Origin: the human T2T-CHM13v2.0 reference genome, Homo sapiens
NCBI RefSeq assembly: GCF_009914755.1
Contig: NC_060942.1
Reading direction: 5' to 3' (one strand)
DNA length: 64,000 nt
A program made the translations under genes and the position numbers. This document shows, piece after piece, positions 26,849 through 41,144 of this stretch (positions are counted from its first letter, which is position 1; every line of letters begins with the position of its first letter). The notes under the pieces are model-generated. The model did no database searches. It saw nothing but the letters and a program-made list of their open reading frames with translations, and had not been told where the DNA came from.

Positions 26849-27500
26849 TTTCCCCCTCACTTTTATAAGAGAATCCTTAATACCAAGGGCTGCAAAGGGA
26901 TGAAGATCCATCTTCTGAAACTTCTTCAGGCTGAATAGGGGTAATGATATTCCTGCCTAATTATTAGGGTCCCCTGTATTTGGGGTAGAGAGGAGCTCAG
27001 TCAGAAAGCATCAGTATGGTGAAGGCCATTCCTAACTCTGAGTTCTGACAAAAGGTGATATCTGGGAGATTATTAGTAAGTGTTTAATTTAAGGAAACAT
27101 TGAATAAGTTTATCCTACGTTCCTACACAGAGAGTACAACAGCAATATATTCCACAAGAGTAGAGCAAAATAAGTAAAAATATCTGAAGTAAACTAAATT
27201 AGAAGGCTTTCCGTGAGCTGGGCAGTTGTTGGAACCAAGCTAATATGAGATTACTAGCCAATTCCAATATGTGCCCAGAATTAGAAATATTGATTCAGAT
27301 TTTTACATTATCCATCCCTCGTTTCTTCTGAACAGCAGTCAGAGATCACTGGTTGGCTTAGAAGGATTCTTGTTAAAGGCTGGCCAAGAACTTAGCTATC
27401 AAAGGTTGGCAGTAAAAAAACGAATTTGATTTCAAGGTTGCAGGGATTCTTACCAAACTGACTTAACAGGATTTTTCACTAAAACCTGGCTAGGTAAGTC
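26849..27500 (-). mobile_element. MER41 internal 3' fragment
   Basis: PPT aaaagtgagggggaaa (minus strand) abuts the LTR; non-LTR sequence continues about 650 bp before L1 resumes. Confidence 0.65.
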
Positions 27501-27509
27501 AAGAGAGTA

Positions 27510-28210
27510 GGGTGTTGTGTCAAAAGACAACAGGGGTGGCTATACTAATATCAGAAAAATTAGGATTTAAATAAAAATGTTTACAAGAGACATAAAAGGA
27601 CATTATATACTGATGAAGGGTTAAATATAGTAAGAAGATATAACAATCATAAACGCTTACAAACCATCAAAATATTTGAAGCAAAAACTGACATAATGGA
27701 AGGGAGAAATAAGCAATTCTACAATAACAGTTTAAGACTTCAATACCCTACTTTCAATATGGATAAAACAAGCAGACAGAAGATAGGTAAGGAAAATAGA
27801 GGACTTAGAATAAACCAAATTGTTCTAACATATACAGAATATTTACCCAACAACAGCATACACATCCTTCTCAAGTGTATATGGGATATTTTCCAAGACA
27901 GAAAATATGTTAGGCCCAAATTAGGTCCCAGGAGAATTAAAAGATAGCCATCACACAAAATATCTTTTCTGAACACAATGAATTAAAGTGAGAAATCAAT
28001 AACAGAAGTAAAACTGGAAAACTGACAAAATCGTGGAAATTAAACACACTCTTACACCATCAGTTGATTAAAGAAGAAACCACAGTAGAAATTAGAAAAT
28101 ATTTACAGACTAATGAAAATGACAACACAGCATACCAAAACTAATGGGATACAGCAAAAGCAGTACTAAGGAGAAAATTTATAGTGATAAATGTATACAT
28201 TCTGAAAACA
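27510..28210 (+). mobile_element. Old L1 ORF2 endonuclease region
   Basis: ggggtggctatactaatatcaga ... gacttcaataccctactttca ... atgggatacagcaaaagcagtactaagg. Confidence 0.8.
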
Positions 28211-28227
28211 AAGTTTTTTTTTTTTTT

Positions 28228-31000
28228 TTCAAGCTGACTGGGGAAATTACATGCCAGCTCTTCTCAGAAAGATCAAAGTTACCAGTGAATGAACAAGTTT
28301 TGAATGGAAAATATAGAGAAGTGAGGACCTGTTGGAGTAACCACGCGAAGAAGTTGAAGCCCAGAAGAAGAATGCAGCAAGACTCTGGCTGATATCAACC
28401 TCTGAGCAACACAGAGCTCAGCCAAAATGGTAGGTAGAAGTTGCTTCTTTCTACACCCCTCTGACCACCTGCCGAGTGCTAAACGGTTGGGGAGCGCCTT
28501 TGCCCTTGCTAGCCAGGGCAACACAATCAGTGATGATTAGAGAATTTCCTGAGAACACAGAACCAGTGGCCAGCTCGCACAGCCATACCCACTCTCCCCT
28601 TGGACCTGAACTGAGATGGTGGGCACCATACTGGTTGTGCACCAGTGTGTCACTTTCCTTCCCAAGGATCCTCTGCCCTTAAGTCATTGCACCACCAGAC
28701 CACCTGCAAATATACTCCACAACCTGCTCTGACTTTGGCAAGCACAGGGGACCAGTGGGTGCCTGGGGTATTGTAGGTTCTCTGGAGATCTTACTCTCAG
28801 CATGGAGCCACCCTTTAAGGAGCTGGGGAGCACAGCCTGCGAAAGTACTCCCTGGGACAAACGAAATACAGATGTGGCACCAACTGAGGAATGAGACAGC
28901 ATCAATATCCAGGAATAATTATGAAGAAGAGGATCGTCTCCCACCTTTCATCCACCGTACACTGTTATGAATGCAGTAGCAGTTCTTCCTGCAAGAGCTG
29001 GTGAGTGTGCACTGTAAGAAAGTGATTCTTTGTGCTTTCAGCAGGGGTGGTGGATCCATCCCTGCTGAAAATGAGACTGTGCCTGCTCTGGCTTTCACAA
29101 GGGGTGGGGTCCAACTCCCCCTTCCAACACAGAGTGGCAGCACCCTGACAACAGAGGATAGACTACAAAGTTGTCTGTCCTGTACTGGAGGAAGAGGTTC
29201 TACCCTGACCCTCGTTATAGTGGTAGCCATCAGAGAGGCAGATCCATGGCCCACAAAGGCACTGTGCTGGGAACTAAAGGATGAAGATTTTACAAACAAG
29301 GTCATGAGACCTGTGACAGGGATATGATAGGGAAGCAGACTGCATTTCTTCTAGTTCAGGATGAAGAGCTGGTGCACCCCTCCATCTCTTTCCTGGAGGC
29401 TTCAGGGCACTCCATCATGATCTCTTCCCACCATGCTCATCAGTGCAAATTCATCCAATGGGCAGCAGCTTACCTGCCATATCATACTCCTAAGTGCTAT
29501 ATACTGGACTACAGCCTGAAATGCACCATCAAATAAAAAATACATGGCTATACCAAACAATATCTGATAAAGCCACCACACAAAACGTATCCACATATCC
29601 ACAACCAACATGTAGAGCCTTGTCGCCCACCAAAAGCATTCAGAAACTAAGCCAAAATACATAACATCCACCACAGTTACACCCTCAAGGGAAAAAAAAT
29701 AAAGAGCCCCATCCAAACAATACAAATTCAAAAATAAGAAACAACACTTTCCTTAGATGAGGAAAATCAGCATAAGAACTCCAGCAGTACAAAAAATCAC
29801 AGTGTTTCAACATCTCCAAAGGATTGCACTAGCTCTTTAGCACTGAAACCTAGCCAGATTGAAATGTCTGAAATGACAAATTAAAAATTTCTAAGTATGG
29901 GTTGTAAGGAAACTCAATATTCAAGAGGATGTTGAAATCCAATAGAAAAAAAAACAGGAAAATGATTCAGGATATGAAAGATGACATAGGTATATTAATG
30001 AAAACCCAAACAGAACTTCTGAAATTGAAAAATTTACTACAGGAATTTCAAAATACAATCAGAAGACTTAATTGCAGACTAGACAAGCAGAATAGAGAAT
30101 GCCAGAGCTCAAAGACCACGTTTCAAATTAACTCAGTCAGACAAAAAGAGAGGGAAAGAATTTAAAAAATGAACAAAGTCTTCAAGAAATATTCTATGAT
30201 ATTATGTTAAACAACAAAAACCTATGACTTACTGGCATTCCTGAGAAAGAAGAAGAAAGAGTAAGCAAATTGGAAAACATATTTCAGGAAATAATTAAAT
30301 AAAATTTCCCCAATCTTGTTAGAGACATTGCCATCCAGATATATGAAATTAAGAAAACTACTGAGAGATACTAAACAATATGACCATTCCCAAGGCAAAT
30401 AGTCATCAGACTATTCATGATTAATGTGAAATAAAAAAAAATCTCAAAGGAAGCTAGAGAAAAGGGCCAAATTACCCATAAAGGGAATACCATCAGACTA
30501 ATGGTGGACATCTCAGCAGAAACCTTATAAGCCAGAAGAGATTGGGGGTCTATTTTTAGCATTTTGAAAGAAAACATAAATGCCAACAAAGAATTATACA
30601 TCCCACCAAACTAAGCTTTATAAACAAAGAAGAACTAATGTCTTTTCTAGACAAGCAAATGCTAAGGGAATTTGTTACCACCAAATCAGTCCTACGAAAA
30701 TTTTTAAAAGAGTTCTAAAAATGGAAACGAAAGAATGATACTTGTTATCATAAAAGCACACATAAATATAAAGCTAACAGACCCTATAAAGCAACTACAC
30801 AATCAAGATTACAAAGAAACTACCTAACGACACTACAACAGAACAAACTCTTACATATAAATATTAACCTTGAATGTAAACAGCTTAATTGCTCCATTTA
30901 AAAGATAGAGTGGCAAATTGGAAAGAAAACAAAATACAACCTTCTGTTGCCTTCAAAAGACCCATCACACATGTAACGACACCAATAGGCTCAAAGTAAA
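28228..31000 (+). mobile_element. L1 5' portion (5' UTR, ORF1, start of ORF2); L1PB/old L1PA-type; 3'-truncated
   Basis: GC-richer 5' UTR, then ORF1-like coiled coil (TELLKLKNLLQEFQNTI), gcagaaaccttataagccagaagagattgggg and ORF2 start ttaaccttgaatgtaaa. Confidence 0.8.
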
Positions 31001-31064
31001 GTGATCCACCCACCTCAGTCTCTCAAAGTGCTGGGATTACAGGCGTGAGCCACTAAGCCCGGCC
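31001..31064 (-). mobile_element. Alu 5' fragment (64 bp) fused to L1
   Basis: gtgatccacccacctcagtctctcaaagtgctgggattacaggcgtgagccactaagcccggcc. Confidence 0.9.
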
Positions 31065-31374
31065 TTAACCCTAATTCTTAAAGTATGTGCACTGAGGATT
31101 TTCAAATAACGTTTGGACAAATACAAAAATACTGTTATAATTTCTTGTATCCTGGTTGCATCATTCATTATGTTATGTAAGAATTTCCTTTTTCTCTGAG
31201 ATGAAATCGCTTTCTGCTACTAATACTTTCTATGTGAACATAAAATTAGCATTAACTCTTCATTGTTTTATTCCTTGAATAACTACTCTCAATGTATTAG
31301 TAGAGCTTACAAAAAACATAGATATTCAAGTCACCAGTTATGCAACTTTTTTTCACATCTCTAAAATATTGTAA

Positions 31375-31707
<333 letters not shown>

Positions 31708-34132
31708 TAACTCTTTCTTATTGGTATATTAGGCTTTTCTTATTGATGTGAACACACTCAATATTATACAAAATAAGTTATCATTCAAACTTGTGATGGT
31801 ATTTTTTAATTACAGCAAAAATATACACATAAAATTGACTATCGTAATCATGTTAAGTGTAGATATCATAAGTATTAACTATATTCACATTTCTGTGCAA
31901 CAGAGCTGCAGATATTTTCCATCTCACAAAACTGTAACTCTATAGCCATCAAGTAACAACTCCCCATTTCCTACCTGTTGTGGTGGTTTTAAATATAATG
32001 CAATATATACTAGCTTAAAATAGAAAAAAAAGGAATCCATGAAAATATTAAATGCATAGCACAAAAAATGAATAACAGTGTAACTTTGGTTATAACTTTA
32101 AATGAGAGAACCCAAAGTAAAATAATGGTATAAATATCATATAAAATGCACAATTTATACCTAAATTTTAAAAAATTTAATATTAACAAAAATAAATGTA
32201 ATATACTACACAAATAGGTATTCAATAAAACTAAAGTTAAATTACTTTTTAAAACCATGTTATACTATGGATAAATCCTATTAATTTTTAAATATTTAGG
32301 AAAGAAAACAAAGTACATCTCTTCTTTAAAAAGTTTGACTCCAATTTTAACAAACAGGTGTTTTTGGTAACCAGTTTATTTCCTTAGTGAAATTTTGAAG
32401 GCACAGAAAGAAGTAATATCTATTACATTGTCAAAAACAACAGTACCTGGAAGATTTAGAGGCAAAAATGAAGCCTGAGAATAGCAGGACATAGACATAT
32501 TTCATAACATAGACTCATAGCAGAATGATGGTTATGTTGGTTCATCAGGGAAGAAAACACTAAACATCGCTTGCAAATCCACCCAATATACGATATCTTG
32601 TGACTTTAACAAGTTAGCCATGCAGAACCATGAGGCAAATGCAAAAACAAATAAATACACTAAAATAAATCCATTTTCTAGAAAAAAAATTAAAGTGAAT
32701 TTTCTAGATTCACTAAAGAATTCAGTATTGGCTTATTATGTCTTCATTTTATTTTATACTGGAACGTGTCTAATTTTATGCTAAATTTATGCTGTAAGGA
32801 CACCTACTCTGGAAAGGTTAAGAGGACACACAGTGGGTAGTGGACCATACTCTATTAAAAAAGAGCATATTTTGACACATGACTTTTGTGCCTCTACATT
32901 TTTAACTAAGGATAAAGAACCTGATGATTAATTAAATGATTTTTCAGTTGCTCATCAATGCCATCAGATGCCTTGAGTATACTGATGGGGGGGATGGCAT
33001 TTGGAAGAAAAGGAGGAGACCTGAATAATACTTCAGAAGAAGTCTATTTCCACATCTTATTTTCCCTATCTCTGCAGCTCTGAATTTAATTATCTGTATT
33101 GTGAATCTGAGTGAACCACCTCAGAAGACGTCAGGCAACTGGATGACTGCACTTTAGATTTCATGCTAGTGATTCTTATCCTCTCTCCACCCCGACACTT
33201 TGATACTTCCTTGAAATTAGATTACATAGGCGATAGAAACAAAGAATGCAGCTGTCATCATGACTCTTTCTCAGGGGCCACCGCATCTGTGTTCATGATG
33301 TGATTACTGTGCCACCTGCCTCCCTCTTCTTAAGGCCCTTTTTTATTCCTGGAGATGTGCTTACAACGAGATAGCTACAAACATATTATCTGCTTGCCCT
33401 GCCAGTTATAGCAATTATGAAAATAAATTTGCAGCATCATATATAGCCTGAATATTCTCAAAAGATGTTCCTAACAGTTCTAATAACAAAATAAGTTTTC
33501 CATAGAATAGCTGTACCTACATGCTCTCTGCTTATGCAATCTTATGTTTTAATTAATCTTAAAGCAAAACTTTTCCTAAAATTTCAGAACTGAAGTCTTT
33601 TGTCATTATATGAAGAAAGACACAGTATCTAATATTGTGAACTTCTCTATTTTAAGAAGTTTTCAGACATCAAGTCTGCATAATAAAATTAATTTAACAA
33701 TTTGGAATATAATTTTATAAATAAAAAAAGCTTTAAACTATATGTTACTAACACGTTTTTCTTCAAGTGTGGTTGCCCTTGCAACTTTTTGGTAGTTCAA
33801 TGAAAACCACTACTTGAGAGAAAACTGAAATAGACTAGGACATAGAAGATAGATAAACAGAGAAAGAAAAGGTAAATTAACTATTTGTGCCACATGGCAA
33901 AGAAAGTTTACAGTATGTAGTCATTAATGTACTTGGTTATAATTATATAACCAACAATGAATAATTTTAAGTGCGATTTAGAATTCAAAACGTTTTATAC
34001 TTGATATACATTTCTGAAAGAAATATGAAATCTACCGAATGAGGGAGATACTTTATATGTGTAATTACTTACACATGGAGAAAAGTTTTACAATAATTTT
34101 GATTATAAACTGTAATCAAGAGATTCAGTAAG

Positions 34133-37100
34133 AGTAGCATTTTTTTCTTCCACAAACCACTTTAATTGTGTGCTCACCACCTACTTCAGAATCTAAGAGA
34201 ACTCTGACACCTGTTTTTGGCACCCCATTGCCTTCTCATCAGTCTAACTCCAAGACCTTCCTCCAAGTGGTAGGCTCTGGTAATTCGGCGAAAGCAAGGC
34301 ACTAACAGGCAAGTGTGAAGCCAAATGGCTCCGAGTAACATCCCTGACACCTTTTTGCCAGCTATTCACATGTATTTAATATATACCACTTCCCTGTGAC
34401 TGTCTGCATCCTCTTCTACCACCAATTCCTCCTGATTTATCCTTCTCCTCCAGCAATTCCTAATTTCTTTGCCTTTCTAATAGATGTGGCCTAACAGAAC
34501 ACCTTTGCTGGAGTTCTTTAAAGGCTAATTATAACCATAAGGAACAGGAAATAAGAAGCTATTCCTTGTAAGTTTGCTAATCTTATCTGTTCAGAGCAAT
34601 AAAAGTTCCCCATCAAAGACTTATGAAGGGAGATTTCATTCCCCCAGCTTGCTATTCCTACTCTTTTTGCATTCTTAAGACAGGAGGCAAGTGCTTTACC
34701 TTTTCCTGGGAAAAGCTGAGGCTGAATATGCAAGTTGTCATGTAAATTTGCTGAAGATAATGAGAGGGTCACAAATTCAAAAACCCAGTTGCTCTAGGGC
34801 AGGGGGTTGGGAGGAGAGCCAATAAATAAAATGTGTGGTATAAATGCCTTTCAGGAAAGGTTGTGAAGGGTGCGGTGGATTTACCAGAAGCTTTTGCAAT
34901 CAGCTTTGAAGTCTTCTAGAAAGGAAAAGTGTAGCCTTCCAGGGAAGCAGCCTGATGACATCTTCCATAAGGCTGATGTGTTGGGAAATAGCAACACATG
35001 AGCAAGAAGTCCCTTGAAAAATTTTCTTCCCTCCTTCTTCTTCTGGAACTGTTGGGAAACTAGGTAAGACCCAGGAGTCTGGTTTTTGAGAATGGCCCGG
35101 AATGAATTTTTAGTTTCCGGGTAGGAACAGAGAGCTCAGAAGGTTGTTCTTTCCTCCAAGGAAATCTGGCCATTGCTTTTTTCCTGTTCTATCCAGAGCT
35201 TGTGTGCTGGTGGATTAAATACATCTGTGCACAGGGCCAGGGTTCTGGCAAACAATCTCAGGGAGGACGGCAAAAGGAGAAGCAAAAGGGGATTGCTCCT
35301 CTACCTCACATCTTCTTTTCCCAAAGGAAACAGAATCTACTCACCAACAACAATCCCAACACCACAAAAGGGACATGGAAATAAATGTGCATGCAACTGG
35401 GACACATACCCTGTGTCACCTGCTACAAATGGAGAAGTGGGAGAGAATTGAGCCACTGGGAGCCTAGGCCTTCTGAGCTGTAGCCTACTTCCAGAGGATG
35501 CAGGCTTCCTCACTGGTCTCTGGGTGGCTGAGTAACTCTACTTCCCTGACCTGGGAAGGATGCGGGAATAACCAGCTATGAGGAGACACCCATCCTCTTA
35601 GGGCTGCCTGGGGTATCTTAAGCAGAGGTGGTAGCAGCGGACTCCTCAACAGAGGCACTGAGATCCAAGAATTCCAGGATAATGTCCCCAAGGCAGTAAA
35701 TCAAATGCCTGTTGATGAGTGGTTGTTGTAGTGACTCCAAGACTAAACACTCAGCTGGCATTTGTTCACCCCAAGAATTTCTACTATGAGATCTGGGAAG
35801 ACTCCCATTAGGCTCTGCAAAGCCTGTTTCTCAGCAGCCAGTTTCTGCTCCTGGGTCCTTACAGGCCGTGGAAACTTAGGCAAAACTCCACCAGGCCAGA
35901 TGGACTCCTGAAGAAGCCAGAGGTACTGCACCCAGCACTGTGGACTTGTTAAATTAGCTACCTGCACCTCTAGCCACCTTTGAACTAGGGTACCAAAGAT
36001 AAGACGAAGAAACTTCTGCATGTTTTCAGTACACAGCCATTTCCACTGTTCTGTTAGTAGCAAGAGAAGCAGATTCAGGGCTGTGTCAGCTAACTCTGTC
36101 TCTGTTCCTGAATCGCTGTTGCTGGGATCTTGGGCTGGCACAGCTGCATCTGACAAGCAACTGTCCACATGTCCTTTGGGAAGTTGTTCAGGATCTTTTT
36201 CTGGGGCTTCTGTTGGCTGCATCTCCAGTAACTTTGTCTGTTTTTCAATAAAAGATTCCATCCCAGACATGGATAGGGTCTTGGACTCCACATTGCCTTC
36301 CTGGAGACAATAAAGAATCTTGTCTTGTGCTTCAGTCACACTTAGTGCTGGAGAAATTTTACTGGATGAGAACCTCAGCCTGGACTTCCTAGCCTTCTTG
36401 CCTTCTGTTTGGGACTTGCTTTCAGTCTCGGCCTCACTCAGCTCCTCTGTGGGGCCCTGGGATTCAGAGCAAGGAAATGCTGTCTTCAAGTTGTCCACAA
36501 TGGCACTCACCACCATCTTCTCTATTCTAGAGACCATAAATGGTTTCTTGACAAAGGAAACATGAGCATCTGTGTTCACAGCAAGAAACTCCTGCACCTC
36601 CTCACTGTTAGCGATCTCTGGAATGGCACACAATTGCTTCAGGAATTATTACAGGAGGCTCTTTCGGGCTTCTACTCTGTCACTGTCTATGTTTTCCAAA
36701 TGGAAGATCTGGAAAGAGCTTTTTAGAACCCTTCACATTTTTAATGAACTTTCATAGATCTGGTTTCTTCTCCTGATGGCCTGCAGATTCAAGAACTCCC
36801 AATGGCGGTGATTCACAGTGTGGTAGGCCAGCTGCTGCAGGCTGCTGTTTTCACCGTCAAGGGATGTCTCACACTTCACAGTATAGCGTGTGCATGGGTA
36901 CAATCCGGTGCCACTGTGCTCTCGGGCTGTAATGGTGCCAGTGATATGAAGGTTCTGGATGATAACTGGGCCATCTGGACTGCTTAGGGGCTCAAAGCTG
37001 AAGGTGGCTGAGCTGAGAGGACCAGGTGAAGAGGAGGAAAGCAGAACTGGTGGCAGACTAGGATCAAGGTAGGTCACATCATTGGTGAGATCCTTCTCTA

Positions 37101-39061
37101 AGCATGAGGGCCGTGAGGAGCAGGTCTTTTCCAGCCCCTCCATCAAAGCTGTAACAGAGGTGGTAACTTCTCCTTGTTCTATCTCCTTGTCTGCTATGTC
37201 AATCTGTATCTCTGGGCAGAAGTTCAGTGTGGAGACAGGCAGGACTGTCTCTGTTTCTGTCCCTGGACCCTCAGCCTCTACTCCTTCAGATCCCTCACCA
37301 CCTTTGGGTTCCAGAGCCTGGGAACCTTCTAGGGCACACAGGGCATCCTGAATCCTGTCAGACAGAAAGTGGCCTGGAGTCATGAGCATGATGGTTTCTT
37401 AGCCTACTTCAGACAGCGGAGACTCCAGCTCTGAGTCTCCACATAAGAACAGGGGGCCTCAAGTATTTGGCTATAGGAAATGAGATGAGTTGTTTCCTAC
37501 GTTTCTTTTTTCAGACATTCCACCCAAATCTCCCTCTACAGCTTCGTGGCCACCTTCAACCTCTGAGGAGGGGCCTGCAGGAATCTCTGGCTCACTGTTT
37601 ATCTAGGAACCCTGGGGCTGCTACTGGAGAAGGAGCCCTCCCTTCTGGAAGCTGCTGTACCTCAGCAATAAGTGGCAGAGACGTGGGCACTGAGGGCTGT
37701 TCAGGGCCACTGGCTGGGCAGGGTGTTGGATCTCTGGCCTTGGAAAAGATACCCATGAGGACAAGGTGGATCCAGTCAGGATCTGACAGCCTGCTGATCA
37801 GTGGTAAGACTACACTGCATATGATGAGTTCAACCACTACATGGCATCCAGTATGAGTCTCCAAGTGGGACTTGGGCACCAGCCCTTGAAGCAACAAATT
37901 CACAATACCACATGTATAGATGACTTCAGCACTGGGGCTGTGCACAGCAGGATGTGGGGCAGTAGCCCAGCAGTAAGCCTCCCAGAGGTGGGAAGGCTCA
38001 ACTGGACCATTCTTCCCTGTAGTGGCCTCCTTTGCCTGAATGTAGCTCTGCAGGTGAAAAACGACAGAGAGTAAGAACACTCTGAGCAAGAGCATGATGG
38101 TCCATCATGCTCATCCTCCTCTGAAGCTCCTGGACCAACTCTTTCATGGCTGCCTCCATTTCCTCTGCAAAGGCTGGCTCCTGGCTCTCAGAACGGTACC
38201 AGGATAATATAAAATCTCAAATAATCACATCTGGATGGTGCAGTTGATCTCCTGTTCCAGTTGTCTTTCTGTCTCAGGGAATAGAGGACAGGTGGCCAAT
38301 GGGATGAAGCCTTCCAGGAGCAGTGGACTTGAAGCCACTCCAGAGACACTGGAGCCCAGCCATCCTCCCAGCACCACTAGCAATGCAGACAGAAGGCACA
38401 GCAGCCACATGCTGACCAGAAGGTGTATGACCAGGAGCCAGCAAGCAAGACCCCCACAGCCATCACCTTCCGCCTACTCAACAGGTTATTGAGGTGACAG
38501 CTGGATCCAGCTGGAGTCTCCTGGAACAATGGCACTGTTTCTGTCTTCATGGCTGAACGGACAAGGTGGCTTCCCCAGATGACAGCCTCAAGATTTTACT
38601 GCAGAGTTAGGGAAGGGGGGAATGAACTGTGTCCCCAATACAGGGTGATCTGGGTGCTGTTCAGGGAACTGACACTCCAGGCCCTCTAAGTCCTACAGGC
38701 ACTGCAAAGCAACAGCAGCAGCTCTGCATTTGCCCATGGCTACCACCCACAGAGTCCTCGAACTCGCCCCTTCCAGTCGAGGTGTGGCTTTGGAGGAAAA
38801 CTCTGCAGCCTTGATACTGCCCCAGGCAGAAGGCCTCTTCGCAGCCCTGGGGCCCGCAGAGGGCGGCGGCTGGCCAGGACTGGGTCACACGCTGCCGGGA
38901 ACCATGTGCCCACACTCAGCCCCGACCTGAAGTGGGCTCATCGGGGTCATCTCCGCTGGCCTCGGCCTGCTGCTCCTGCAGACCTGGGTGACTGCACTCG
39001 CAGCCCTGCCTGTGTTAGGGCTGCCCGCCTGCCAGCCACCGGTGACCAACAGTAGCTTTTT
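34133..39061 (-). pseudogene. SNX19P: Processed pseudogene of sorting nexin 19 (full-length retrocopy; CDS remnant 38550 to 35576)
   Basis: gccATG MKTETVPLFQETPAGSSCHLNN at 38550; PXA, PX and PXC regions recognisable in four ORF pieces; ends KRMGVSS* (stop at 35576-35578); intronless; ATTAAA at 34161-34166 (minus), poly(A) remnant at 34140-34146, TSD agtagc(a/t)tttt at 34133 and 39051; several frameshifts. Confidence 0.96.
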
Positions 39062-39664
39062 ATAACTTAAATTTTCTATATTTTCCTTGCATATATTTTT
39101 GACTTTGATCATGTATTTTATTTAACCTGCTAACAGAATGTACCTATAGTAAGATTACAATAAAAATTACCATGGTCCATGACAAATTTACTTGTAAGTG
39201 CAGTGGGAAAAAAAGTTTAATAAAAACAATAGAGATATACAATATGTGGCTTTTCACACAGTCTTTTGTCTCCCATATTATTCCTATCATTTATTCTATA
39301 TTTCTAAGGTTAAGTAATATTAAGATCAGGTACAAGCGTTGTAATGTGCTTTTAATTATGATATATAAATGTATCCCATGACAATTACATTATTTCAAGC
39401 TATGTACAATTTTAATAATAATTTTATACACGTTGCTTTGAAAATGAGAGCGCATTTGAATATAATCAATAATCACAAAAATATTTATCAGTGCAAATAT
39501 TCTCAGCAAGATTTGAATTGTTGGTAAATTCAAAACAAATAGAATTAAATAGATGCTAGAGGAATTAGGAGAATGCAATAAAACAAGCAAAATTTTGTAT
39601 AATTTTCATTTAGTTTATGTTAAGATGTTTTGAATTCAGATTAATCACATACCATGATATAATG

Positions 39665-39968
39665 TTTTTGGTTTTGTTTTTTTGAGACAGAGTCTTGCTC
39701 TGTTGCCCAGGCTGGAGTCAGTAATATGATCTCAGCTCACTGCAACCCCTGCCTCCCAGGTTCAAATGATTCCGGTGCCTCAACATCCCAAGTAACTGGT
39801 ATTACAGGGGGGTGCCACCGTGCCTAGTTTTTTTTTTTTTTTTTTTTTAGTCAAGACAGGTGTTTGCCATGTTGGCCAGGCTGGCCTGGAACTCTTGGCC
39901 TCAAGTGATCCACCCACGTCAATTTCCCAAAGGGCTGAGATTACAGGCATGAGCCATGGTGCCTGGCC
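39665..39968 (-). mobile_element. Alu (J/old S)
   Basis: Reverse dimer; TSD tgatataatgttt on both sides. Confidence 0.92.
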
Positions 39969-41144
39969 CTGATATAATGTTTGAAAGTAATGGGTGAATA
40001 GTACATTTGAGATACTAGAGACCTATTTGGAACATTAAGTGAATGTATCTTACTCTCTTCTTTCTTTTAAGAATGTATTCTTTACCATTCTATGCAATAG
40101 CTAACATACGTGCATATGTTCTTGGGCTGTCTACATGATATACAAATATTTGGATACATACAGTAACATAAACCACTCATCTAAAAGCTTTTCAACCTGA
40201 CACATAAACTCGGGTTATTTGAAAATGGAATGGTAAGTGTTACTGAACAGCTTTTACTATGGTTCATGTTTGGTAGTATATGCTAATATACTAAAAACAA
40301 AACAAACACAAAAAATACCTTGATTTTATAATCTAACTTCTGATGTCTAAATTAATCAATAAGATAATTTTTCTATTTTAACTAACTGTATTATATTTTA
40401 TTTTGATTCTGTGTAATTTCACAATGGATTAAATATTAGCTGATGCTCATCAGAGGTAAACTAGTGAATTATTATCCCATTAAGATAAATTTTGTTTCTG
40501 CTAAAGTAACATCTTATTTTAAATGGAGGAATTTACTAAATCAAGTGTTAAGATTTTATTTCTGCTAGTAAATGAAAGACATATGTAAAATTCAAATACA
40601 TTCCATTACTCAAACTATTCTTTGTAATCATGAGAATATAGACAGCATATTTTACACAGAGCATACATACAAAGCCTTATCTTCATCGAATTACAAGTAA
40701 AATATAGGTATGTAAATATATATACATAATTTAGATATTAAATGACAGAATTTACTTATTTACCTGTGCATGACAGAATTTGATTCTATTATTCCAGGTA
40801 GAGTAACTGGCTGAAAATGGGACATGAAGTAAACTAATAGTCTTAAAAGTGACTACATCCAGTGAATTCATTTTAACATCTCCAAGCAAGGCAAGACCAC
40901 CTTCTTGAGATAAGGAATGAGGGATTACTTATTTTGGCCAAGTTGGCTCAATGATCTGGGGAACCAAAAACTGTATGTACATGGATAGTTGTTTTGTTCC
41001 CCCCACAAAAAAATTGGGGAACCCATTATTTCCCAATTCACGCTTTTATTTTCATGTAAGAGAACAGTTGATGCTCCAGAATCTAAAATTTTAATTAACC
41101 AAATACAATGTTCCTAAAGATAAACATTTCCTTAGAGTTAAGCC

